This document shows, piece by piece, positions 10,001 through 22,000 of a stretch of 64,000 bases of DNA. Within the stretch, counting starts at the first letter, position 1. Every line of letters starts with the position of its first letter. The notes below the pieces were generated by a model, which was not told the origin of the DNA, made no database searches, and was given only the letters and a program-made list of their open reading frames with translations. Source of the stretch: Felis catus (lineage: Eukaryota); contig NC_058368.1 in NCBI RefSeq assembly GCF_018350175.1, positions 116,810,001-116,874,000 of the forward strand, written 5' to 3'. The translations under genes and the position numbers were made by a program.

Positions 10001-13000
10001 CCCCCAGTGAGTTTATAGGATGAGTCACTTGTGCAGTGAAGTTTTTGAAGTAACTGTTTGGCAATGGGGCAGAATTTCTCTTTGGAGATTTCTGAAAACC
10101 TGATATTGAATGTGGTTGGCACCCCTTTCAGAATCTCCAAGAAAAGGAAACCAAATCTTAAGGTAGATTTTGTGCGTCTGTGGTCCTGTGACTGCTAATG
10201 AATCACTCTGAGTGCTCTGGACAGATTTGTCCAGCTGTGCTTCCATGGGACCAGGTGGCTCAAGGTGTGGAAATCACAAAAGACTAGCAGAAATAAGATA
10301 AGTTTGCTTTCATTTATTTTCAAACAATTTGGAGTCATCAAATCTTGAGTATTTCTGCCACTGTGTATGCACATTCACCCTCATTCCAGACGCAGTGATC
10401 TGAAAAAGTTAACTCTTCTTTTAGTGGCTCCTAATTTATCTCCCCTAGGACTGACTTTTCTATCTGGCGACTGTGTCCTGTTTCAGAATTTACACGTAGT
10501 GCCAAGTGACATGGTGTTATATTTATAAAAAGAGTATGGTGGTCAGAATAGGTAGAGAAATTCTATTTGTGAACTTCCGTTCCAGTGTCGCATCCTCTTG
10601 TGGTCACTTTTGAGTGGGTGGGCTGTTTTGTCTTGCCATTTCCATACCGGTTATAGGACTGTTCTTCTGAGAAAAAGTTTATTTTCTTTCATCTGATAAT
10701 ATAATAATTGCTTCAAATTACCTCCTTCCTCCCTTTTTCTGCAGATCTGCTGAGCCAGATGGAATTATGGCTGAGCTCTTCTCGGTCTCTTTATCTTGCA
10801 CATATTCTGACTGATGAAGAAATCTATTTATTGTAGCTTGAATGTCATTGGCCTACCCTTTCCTCTGACCCAGGAGTGAGCTGTCACATGGGCATCTGGT
10901 CTACCTCCAAACACTCTGCAGGGACACAGCCTGGCATATTATAAATCGTCTATTGGCATGCTGTCTGCTCGACAGAATAGCAGAGTCGGTTCTGGATACT
11001 TGCCTTGGTTTTCCACCAATTTTTGCTCTCAATGAGAGGTTAGGATGATGTCAGTTTTCAAATATTTGCGGAAAACCTGCCATCACCAAGCCCAGTGGTT
11101 TAGATGGATTTAATGGAGATTTACAGGTGTCTTTGAATGTGACTTTTGTTAGGAATTTACCTAGCTCAATTTTTCTGTGCATATTAAGTATGAATGTAAA
11201 TTTAGTTTATCCATATGATAATATTTTTTAGCATTATAATCTATAATCATGATTTCAAAAAATCAAAGGGCAAGAGGATTCCTTGGCAGCATTTTAAATC
11301 TGCTCACCTAAAAATTAAAATTTTTTTCTTTCAGGAATTTGAACTTGACCTGCAAAGAAATATCTGACATTGCAAAAGTGAAGAAACTTTAGTTCCTTGG
11401 CACATAAACAACATCAGTTCCTTTCTGGCCTTGCAGGGTCAGAACTCTGGGCTCCAGGGAAGTGAAACTGTGAGAGAGAGGGTAACTGCTGTGCTGGCAG
11501 GCTGTGTGTCCAGAATTAAGCAAACCTAGCATTTTCTGTTGTACTGAAACCCATTCGGTATATTTTAATATTGTGTTTATTTTACTTTCCTGCTTCATGG
11601 ATTAGGGGTTGCAAATGACTTCAGAAGAAAGTATTTCCCTTAGAATTCACATACTTACCATCTTTTCAACTTGATTTACTAGAAGACTAATATATAACAG
11701 TGATTATTTTAAATGTTATACTTCTTTTTGCCTTAATGACCAATAGTTTATATATTCATTTGCTATTGCTTTGTAAGAAATTACCACAAATTACTGGTTA
11801 AAAATAACTCTCAGTTATTGTCTCAGAGTCCTGCAGGATGTGAGTGGGTTCTCTGCTCTAGTTTTCACAAGGCTGAAATCCATATGGCAGCTGGGCTGAG
11901 TTCTCTTCTGTGGGCTTTGGAAAAGAATATGCTTTTAAGTTCATACAGGCTGTTGGCAGAATTAGTTCTTTTTAAAAAAAAAATTAATGTTTATTTATTT
12001 TTTGAAAGAGAGAGAGAGAGCAAGCTGGGGAGGGGGCAGAGAAAGGAGAGAGAAATTCCTGTCTCTGCACCATCGGTGCAGAGCCCCACATGGGGCTCAG
12101 ACTCTCCAACCGTGAGATCGTGACCTGAGCTGAAACCAAAACCAAAAGTTGGATGCTTAACCGACTGAACCACCCAGGCATCCCCAGAAGTTAGCTCTTT
12201 CTGGACTACTTACATACTGTTAGCTGGAGGTCACTTTCAGCTCCTAGGGGTTGTGCTCAGGCCCTTGCCCCATCATCCCCTCCATCTTTAGAGCTAACAG
12301 GGAAGAATCCTCTCTCACATGGAATCTGTCTCCAATTTATGTCTTCAAATCTCTCCAATTTATGTCTCTGATCTCTAGACCCAGATTTAAGGAGCTCACA
12401 TGATTAGGTCAGTCCCGCCCAGATCGTTTTCTTGTCTTTTTTTTTTTTTTTTTAATGTTTATTTATTTTTGTTAGAGAGAGACAGTGTGAGTGGGGAAGG
12501 GACAGAGAGAGAGGGAGACACAGAATCCAAAGCAGGCTCCAGGCTCTGAGCTGTCAGCACAGATCCCTACATGGGGCTTGAACTCACAAACCTCAAGATC
12601 ATAACCTGAGCCAAAGTCAGACACTGATTGACTGAGCCACCCAGGTGCCCCATGGTTTCCTTGTCTTAAAGCCAAGTGTGTCATACGACATAACCTAATC
12701 AGAGTGAGAGCCATCATATTTATTCTTGGAAATTATGCAGGGCATGTACACCACAGTGTGAGGATCTTAGGAGGGCATTTTAGAATTCTGCCTATCATAG
12801 TTTATATCAGTGTTGACACAGTATCACTGAAAAAAATATGCAATGGATACATCCTTAATAGAGTCCTAACAGAAAGGAAAAGGAGATGGCTACTTATAGT
12901 TTCATGTCTCAGAGGGCCATTTACTGATAGCTTCAACATGGATTTCCATGACAGAGTGTCATTTCCGGAGTGGTCTAATGATTTTTTTTTTTTTTTTTTG

Positions 13001-16000
13001 AAGAAGATAGGGTATTTTAAACCTAGTTTGTTTTAAATTTTTCTTGAAAAGGTGATTCATCCTTCTGTAGCTCAAATGTTCTATGGTATAAATATTACAA
13101 TAACATGGTAATAATACCATTACAGGATAAATTAAATCTTTGCTACAATTTTGATAGAATCTTAAGTGGGTTCCTGTTCTTCATTGATGCTATATCACCC
13201 ATATGGACTACCTAATTCATTTTTTCCACATCTGGAATTTTATGGCCATTAGTGTCCTGAAGGACTAAGCTTTGAAACGACAGACATACTGGGGCTTTTC
13301 ACCAATAGAAAATAAGCATAGTTCTGGAATGTATCATCCAAGTGTTAGGGAACTAAACAATCACAGTTAGTTCAGATCCTCACTATATGTCTCCAGTATG
13401 TCAGAGATATGAGAAGTCAACCTTTAAACTTGAGTTTTTCCAACTTTAATCAAGTTTGGTTGAAACCCATGTGCATTTATCACTTTAAATTATGTATCAT
13501 TTAAAAGTAAATCAATATCTGTGAAACTCAGAAGTAAAAGAAAAAATTAAAGTACGGTTGGCCCTTGAACAACACGAGGATTAGGGGTGCCAGACCCATG
13601 CAGACTTGAAAATCTGATTATAATTTTGGGTCCCTTAAAAGTTAACTACGAATAGCCAGCTGTTGCCCAGAAGACTTACTGAGAATGTAAACAGTTGGTT
13701 ATCACATATTTTGTATGTTATATGTATTATATACTGTATTCTTTAAAAAAAATCTTTTATTATATTTTATTTTATTTTTTGCAAGAGAGAGAGAGAAAGA
13801 GACAGCAAGCTGGGGAGGAGCAAGAGAGAGGGAGAGAGAAATCCCAAGCAGGGCCCTGATGTGGGGCTCAAACTCACAAACTGGGAGATCATGACCTGAG
13901 CCAAAACCAAGACTCCCATACTTAACTGACTGAACCACCCTATATACTTTATTCTTAAAATAAAATAAGAATAGCCTTAGAGGAAAGAAAATGTTATTAA
14001 GAAAATCATAAATAGAACGCCTGGATGTCTCAGTCAGTTAAGTGTCTGACTTCAGTTCAGGTCATAATCTCCTGATTCATGAGTTCAAGCCCCACGTCAG
14101 GCTCTGTGCTGACAGCTCAGAGCCTGGAGCCTGCTTCAGATTCTGTGTCTCCCTTTTTCTCTGCCCCCCTCCCCACTCAGACTCTCTGTTTCTCTCTCAA
14201 AATAAATAAATAAACATTTAAAAAAAGAAAATCATAAGGAAGAGAACATACATTTACAGTACTGTATGGTATTTATTGAAAAAAATCCACCTATAAGTGG
14301 ACCTGTGCAGTTCAAACCTATGTGGTTCAAGGGTCAACTATATACATGTCATTCTGTGTAAATTAATTTAAAACACGAACTTTGGTTTAGGGAGACCTAA
14401 ATGTAACGATCAACAAATCCACCAAATCAGGCAAGTAATTTAATCTCTCTAAAGCTCAGATTTCTTATTTCTATACATTTAAATACATTAATATTATCCT
14501 TGCATGATCATTAATTTGTTCAGAAACATTTTAAAAACCTACCAAATACCTGAACACTGCTCAGCTCGGAGGACATAGCTATGTGTTATGAATATCTGAG
14601 CATATTCATATGTTTTATGGACAAAACAGATATATCCTTTTTATAGAATTTATGGTCAAAAAAAGTGTTAAGATAAATGCAATAATATGTTTAAAGTGCT
14701 TATCTCATTGCCTAATATTGTGTGGATCCTTAAAACATTCTGTATTCTTCCTTACCTTTTCTCTGCCTGATCTTACTACCCTAAGTGATCTCATATCTAT
14801 GATTCTGGCAAATGAATCTGAGAGGCACCTTGTTGTTGATGGACTATCATAGAAAATAGCATCATGACAAATTGTCGTTGAGGAAGTGACTCAGTGAACT
14901 GAGTTCATGGTCAGTCCCACTAGAATTGTGCCTCTCAGCAAAATGAGGTTGGTGCTCTCAATCCAAAAATCAAGTGGCAGCAGTTTTCATCATGAATGTT
15001 ATCCAATCGTAGAAAAAAAAAAATTGGCAACATTTACTTAACAGGTGTCCAAGTCTTTACTGAAGAAAGGTTCTCACAGTTGATACTAGTTCTGCTGATG
15101 GTAAGGGAAGAGATGATGGTGATTTGACTAACACAAATAGTTCAGTCATATTTCCAGGTTTACAAAATGATTTGCAAATGGTTTCTTTTGGTTCCCTCCA
15201 ACACAACTAGTAGAAAATGGGAAACCCTTTCATTTCTTCTGTAGAGAGTTTCATGCTACTTTACATGGAGTATCTGTAGTATTCTGAGAACTGCTTCAAG
15301 GATAAAGCAGCTTGCATATTCACGTCTTGCCAGCAAAGTTGAAAGGAGCGAGGGCAGTTAGTGTGTGGGGACATTTGAGGAAAAGTATTCTAGACTTGTA
15401 GCTTTTCCTGGGCCTTGACTTTGGCTAACTCTCTGAATACCATCTAACCACCCCATAGTCTGTCTGAAAGTTGAGATGCTGATCACTTCTTTCCTAGGTG
15501 TTGTGAAAACGTGTCTTTATGAAATACTCTGCATCCTTTGAATAAACTATAAAAATGATATGGACAAGAATTATTGACATTTTGAAGTAGTTTACTGGTA
15601 TTACTGTGGCTTTGTGTCTATGAAATATGATAATCATAATCCAGAGGAAAATACAGAATACAGCCTCCACCTCTTCATCTTTCTGCTCACATAGACCTCA
15701 GTATTCAGTGACAGGGCCATGAAAATACATTTAAAGGAAGACCTAACACAGGTTTTTTTTATAATAAACTTTTTGCTAATAAATACAAGATAGTGACAGT
15801 CATCCCCATTTTGTCTCCTGTGATTCCTGAGTGGCTTCTCTTCAGCCCATAACTCCTCAAACAGTCTTCTGGGGCCTATATGTTCCTTCTTTGTCCACTC
15901 CCCTTTGAATTGACAGTTTGTAGACAGAAGGCAACAGATCTTTCTAATACATAGGTGGTGCAGCGTGAGTCAGGTTCTTCCTGGGTTTCAGCTACTCCCT

Positions 16001-19000
16001 GTTAAACAATCAGAGCTTGGTGAACAGTAATTGAGTGAGGAGGCAAAGCACTCAGAAAAGCAGGGAGCGAGTGCAGTTTTATGAAAAGGATTATGTAGCA
16101 AAACAAGATCCAGCTCCCGTAGTGGTTTATTTTCCTCTCTGTAGCATTCCTCTTCAGTCAGCAGAAGAGGCAGTTATCAGTCACTGGCGTTATGACTGGG
16201 CACATCCATCCTGGGTCAAACATGCTGCAGTCTGCAAAGCCAGCAGCAGATTGCAGTCCTCTGCAGTCCGGCCAGACCAGCAGAACTTGTGTAGTTGTGC
16301 ACCCTGTTTTAGCTTGAACACCAAATTGGAGATGTTCCCTTAATGAGGCATTTGAGGGCAAAAACAATGAAAGCTTTCCCTGTCTCAAAATAGACTGCCC
16401 TCCCCCTGTTGCTGCTTTAGGAACGTAGACCTGTTTTGAGCCAGGCGAAGCCACAGCTGGTCCTCACGGCATCATTAAGTCTAGTTTTTCATGATATTTA
16501 GTCTTTGCAAGGACCCTGATGAGCTAATTTTCTCACGAAGCGCTGTATATCCAGATATCCTCATAGAGGTGCACATAAAATGGCTCCTTCAATGTTTTTT
16601 TTCACATACATGGAAATATTTAAGAAACAACTAATCAATCACTGGGAGATCTCTGTTTTGCCTTATTAACACAACCTCCCTTTGTGATTTTGCAGCCACG
16701 ACAGCCCAACCCAGACTGGCGTTACTCTGCTTCCCTAAGAGCAGGAATGCACAGGTATGTGTTTCCTTCCTTTTTTTCAATGAGAAGTACTTTAACTTTT
16801 ATGTCTCAGGCAAATTGTGTGTGTAGGGGCCGGAAACTGCTGTTTAGAAGCTTTAGATACTTTTACAGGGGAACTTTGTCTCCATGTCTATTCCTTGAAA
16901 CATTGAACATACTGCCAAATGCTTCTCAAATGCTGGCAATAAGAGTCTCTTGCAAAATTACAGAGACAGACTGCTATATACTTTCTCTCATCAAAATTTC
17001 TATAAGGAATTAATGACAACTTCTTTCATCCCTTCTCCACCTATGCTTTCTGTCCCTCCCTTAGAAATTATAATGAACACTGATGCTTTTGTACTGGAAT
17101 ATATGTACATGTTGTCTGCCTTGGTTTGCTATCACACATCACCTCTTATATCCTATCAACCACAGTAATCAGCTCTTATTCTTGTTCATGTTTACGCATA
17201 TTAGAATCTCCTTATCTTTTCCATCTTGTTACTCTTTTGTTTCCCTCAATGGCATGGGCTCTTCAGAGGATGAGCCATGTGAAAGGCCTTTATTGAATAT
17301 CTGGAGACCCAATCTAGCTTATTTTAAATTAATCTAGAGTAATAGCATTACTCTAAGACTGAGATTAATATAATTTTGCTTTCTCTACTTTGTCTCTGTG
17401 ACAGTAATTGATTAACTACCATTATTCCCAGAGCTGATTTAATGCCATGGGGCCAAATAAAAGATTCTTTATGTTTGAGTGTCTTTGGAAACCAAGAAAC
17501 CATAACAATCAACACCCACCAAAAGGATTTAGTTTTAAAGAAGGAATAAACTCTAAACTTAAGCTCCTCAAAATGTGAGCAACACTTAAGTAGATCTTTA
17601 CCAAACCTGGATCGATTTTCTAAAGAGAGAGCTCACAAAGTATGTGTTAAGTTAATGAAAAATTAGTTTTAAGCCCCTTTAGAAATGCATTAAAGTAAAA
17701 TAAATTAACACATTCTCAAGCATTACAAGTTGAGCAGAAATCATTATAATGGGTGCTGTGTCTGAACAAGAAGCAATCAGTGAAGGGCTGCAGATCATAG
17801 CTGGCATAGTGAGATGTCACTTTGGAACCAGGGTCACAATTTTAGCCCAGAAACACTTATGCAGATGCCAGGATACGAGGTATCAGAGGGATTCTTTCTG
17901 TTTGTTAGTGACCAGTTTATGCTTTGGCCTGCACCTGAGCTATCATTGCAAAACCATATAAGAGGAGAAAGCATGGTTTATAATACCAGCTTATTCGCTC
18001 CCAGTTGAATCCGTACTTTACTTGAAAAGTACCAAAGCCATGAGATGTACCTTTAAAAATTCACTTAAAATAAAATACTAAAACATTATCACTTCCTTAT
18101 TCTATTTTCAAGTGGGGAAAAGAAAGCCAAGTATCCTCCTATTCAGGTTTCAATTAAGATATTATGAGATATAAGTAGGATAAGAAATGTAATCAGAATG
18201 GAAGCTAAATGTAATTTATTCCCCACAGTGTACTGAGCAGGTATTAGAGTTGTAAACTTAAAGAATACTTCTTTTTTACACATATGCTTGTGTAAAACTG
18301 CCTGGCAGTTCCAGCCTCAGACATCATGTAACGGTATCTGGAAATTCTGCTTTGAGCTGAGCTGGTGCCCAGGTAGTTACATCTTCAGAATGAGTCTGAT
18401 TAAACCCATATAAGTTGCTGGTAGAATCCAAGAACACACGAAGTATATTACTATTTGGAAAAAAAGAGAGTATTCTAGGATATAGATGGAGGGAAGAATC
18501 ACAGTAGGGCAGAGCGTAATGAGTGAATTTCGATTAGATACGTTATTCAAAGTCACAGAGTGAGAAGATACTCAGTTTATAGATGGGCTTCCCCCACGAT
18601 AGTTCAAGATTGTCTGCTCTGCTGCCTCACATAACCCCTCGGACAGTAGTATAAATTTTGTCTCAGTAACTTAATTTGCAAGATGAACTGATGTCTGTTT
18701 TAAAATAATCCTCTAATTCTGGTGAGAATGTTCTTGGATGATGTTTGCTTTTAGAGTCTTTGTTCCTTCCTTCATCCATCTAACAAATACATGAGGGTCT
18801 TCTATGTGCTGGCATTAGACATACATCGATTAATATTTATGAGTGCTGCATCCTTGAATAGCTTATATTCTATCTCTACTTGCCTCTAAGCATATCCCAC
18901 TTTATGTCTCACTACCTGCAGTAGTTCATGCTGAATTGATTTCTTCTGAATTGGAATCTGTGAGTGGTGATGATAGGCTTCCTCAAGTCCCAGGAAATGT

Positions 19001-22000
19001 ACTAGGATGGGTTGTTTGCAAGTAAAAGATACAGAAAGAGTAAAACAGAAAATAAGGTCAAGAAGGAATTGGGTAGCTAAATGGGAACGATGCTACAGTT
19101 ACCACCAAATAATTTTTTGTGTTTTCGTCTTTGCTCTAGAGAACCCAGAAACAAGACAATCAGCAAGAGAGGCCTGGGGCTTCTGGTAGTAAGCTCTCCT
19201 CCTCTGCTTCAGCATTTAGATGTTAAAATGGCATTAGCCCTCTAATGGGCTTCCTGTTAGATTTAGTGAATGCCATGTGGCATTGATGATGACCAAAATT
19301 GTCTTAAAGATAAAACATGTTTATTGCCTGAATAGTATACCAAGCAGCACGTAGGCAACTGTTTCTGCAATTTATGCAAAGTGCCCGCTCAGCAGGAATT
19401 GCTGCAGTTCAAGCATGAGTAGAATGTGTTGGCGATAGCCCTGCCTCCAGAGATGTATGCATTTTCTGAGGGTGGCAGGAGATCTGGAGAGGCATTTATG
19501 GTCTAACCATGATTTGGGTCTGTGTGTTTACTCAGCTCTGTGCACCTAGAGGAGGCTGGCATTCTACGGGCTGGGCCAGGAGGACCTGATCAGCAGTGGC
19601 CAACGGTATCCAGTGCAACACCAGGTAAAGACCCAAAGTCTCTCTCTTCTTGTGTGGGTTCTAGCAAGCAATCAGATGATCTGTTTGTTTTTAAGACCAG
19701 GAATATTAATGGTTCTCTTTTTAGTCTTTCTTCTTTTCCTTATATGTATGACATCCTTACATACATGCATGATTATTTTAGTTTTCTACTTAATGTCCTT
19801 CAAGAACTGAAAACAGTTCTCTCTGTGTGTGTAGCTGTTTTGTAAAATAGCCAGGCATCTTTCTTTATTTTTTTAAGTTCATTTATTTATTTTGAGAGAG
19901 AGAGCAAGACAGTGCGAGTGGGGGAGGGCCAGACAGAGAGGGAGAGTGAGAATCCCAAGCAGGCTCTGTGTTGTCAGCATAGAGCCTGACATGGGGCTTG
20001 AACTCATGAAACCATGAGATAAGACCTGAGCCAAAACCAAGAGTTGGTTGCTTAACTGACTGAGCCACCCAGGCGCCCCAAACCAGCATCTTTCAAATAC
20101 TTAGGCTGTCTGAGCTACACAGAGAAGATCTGGTGGTCTTATGCACAGAAATGACACTGTTAGCAAAGATCTTTCAATTGGAGACAATGGAACCCCATTC
20201 AAAGTGGTAAGCAAAAGAGAGATACATAGACACATAAACAGATACATAGATAGATGGAATAGAGTTTCTCATGGAAGTGGAAAGTTATGAAAACCAAGAC
20301 ACTACTCTCTTTGACTTCAGGTTCAAGTCAGATCTGCTTCTTTCTGCACATCTATATGATGATCTGTATCACTCTGCAGACTGACTTTTACTGCCTTGAC
20401 ATGGACATTTCCAGACATGAACATCTCACAGTGTCTTAGTTCAGAGGACCAGTGGGGACTAATTCCTAACCTAAACTTTCAGGAAAGAGAATCTTCCAGG
20501 TTGGATCAAGAGCCAAGTGGCTGATGAGCATAGACAAATGGCTTAAACTCGTATTTCCTTAGTTTCCTTATTCTTGCCCAATCACTAAAGCAATGTCATA
20601 TAATAAAAATATGGCTTTGGAGGTCCATCCCTGTGGCAGTTTTCAGAAAGGAAGGATTACAGAGACTGCAAATGGTGTCCATCATAATCCTCTATTAATA
20701 GAACATCATAATGATGATAATAGTTACTAATTATTGAGCCATTATCAACTCAGACACTGGGCCGAGCTCATTATATATGTGATCTCATTTATTCCCCATG
20801 ACAGTCTTGCAAGGGATTTATTAGATCTATATTACATGTGAGAAACTTGAGACACCAAGAGGGTAAGAAACATACCCAGGTTCGGGCAGTTTTGTAAGTG
20901 GCAGAGGTAGGATTCAAACCCTGTGTCTAGCTCCAAATCCAAGTGTATCTAGCACTTATATTCATACGATGGCTGGCTTGCAAGAATCCATCCAAATTCA
21001 AATACATACATAGATACATTACAGATGACATAAGTGTGTGTGTGAAACATTCTTTCCAGAAATAATCAGGTGCTTTTCAAATGATTAGGCTATCTGAATA
21101 ACATGTGCAGCAAAGGGCCCATTTTTGCTGGCAATTCTAAGAGCTTTCATTGATTCTAATCAGCCAGCATTTGCTATTTGTGAATGTTGCATGATTCAAC
21201 TAAAAGTCACATTTGTCAAAAAAACAAAAAAACAAAAAAACAAATGCACAAGCTAAAGCAATTCATTAGAGTTAATATTGCCAGATGGCAAGGAGAAGAA
21301 CATAAAATAGTTCATTGACAAATCTGCAGCCCCAATGCCAGTGGTGAAGTGAAGAAGTGGCTTTGGGCTGCCAAGTATAGCAGGATAGGAAGCATCTGGA
21401 ATGGTAAGAATGATGCTATGAAAGCAGCCACAACCTTGCCCTGCTCACCTGTCTTCAGGGCTTTTCTTGTTCCCACAGAGGGTTTGCAGGTCGGTCTAGT
21501 GAGCCAGGAACTAAGGTTGAATACATTCTCCTTTTGTTGATGATGCTGGTGGGTGTGTATTCCTAGGCAAATATGCATTAGGAGCTGTCTGCTGATTATT
21601 TCAGGTCTCTCCTTCAGATTTAAAAGAATGTTAGGAACCCATCTTCTTCACACAGAAGATAGGGAAGGAGTCCCATTACTCTCCTTCCCGAGTTTCCCAC
21701 CCCCTCCTGTCTCATCCCTTCTGTCCAGGACTGTGCCTGGCTCCTGATTCGAGTTCCGGTCCTCATGGACTGAGCTGTACAGACCTTCCATCTTCCCAGT
21801 GCTGCATGGGTGACCTAGCCTTGCATGTCAACATACCTCCTCACAGTGATACTAAGTTAAAGGGAGGCCCCTCTGCCTGCCATTCTGACCTTTTGACACT
21901 TGACAGTTTTAGGACTCAAAATACGCCTGCACTGTTAGCAGAGAATAGCTGCAGCTGGGCAGAGAGAGAGAGAGAGAGAGACCTGCTGTGCACTAATCCT

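Larger units (their letters stand above)
11749..12798. mobile_element. MaLR LTR (MLT1-like) interrupted by two SINEs
   Basis: Typical MLT1 strings (attgct..aaattaccacaaa, ggctgttggcagaatt, cattttagaattctgccta). Confidence 0.7.
13555..14340. mobile_element. Tigger2/MER28-like TcMar DNA transposon with two nested SINEs
   Basis: TIRs cggttggcccttgaacaaca / tgtggttcaagggtcaacta flanked by TA dinucleotides. Confidence 0.82.

Noticed and set aside
12329..12368. 16-bp tandem duplicate TCTCCAATTTATGTCT
   Set aside because: Small slippage inside an old MLT1 LTR, with no sign of function.
16250..16290. TGCAGT followed by GACCAGCAG resembling a CTCF upstream module plus core
   Set aside because: The core lacks the required (G/A)(G/T)GGC right half.
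16684..19845. ORFs 16684..17013 and 19522..19845 as independent genes
   Set aside because: They are constant exons 1 and 2 read through into intron.
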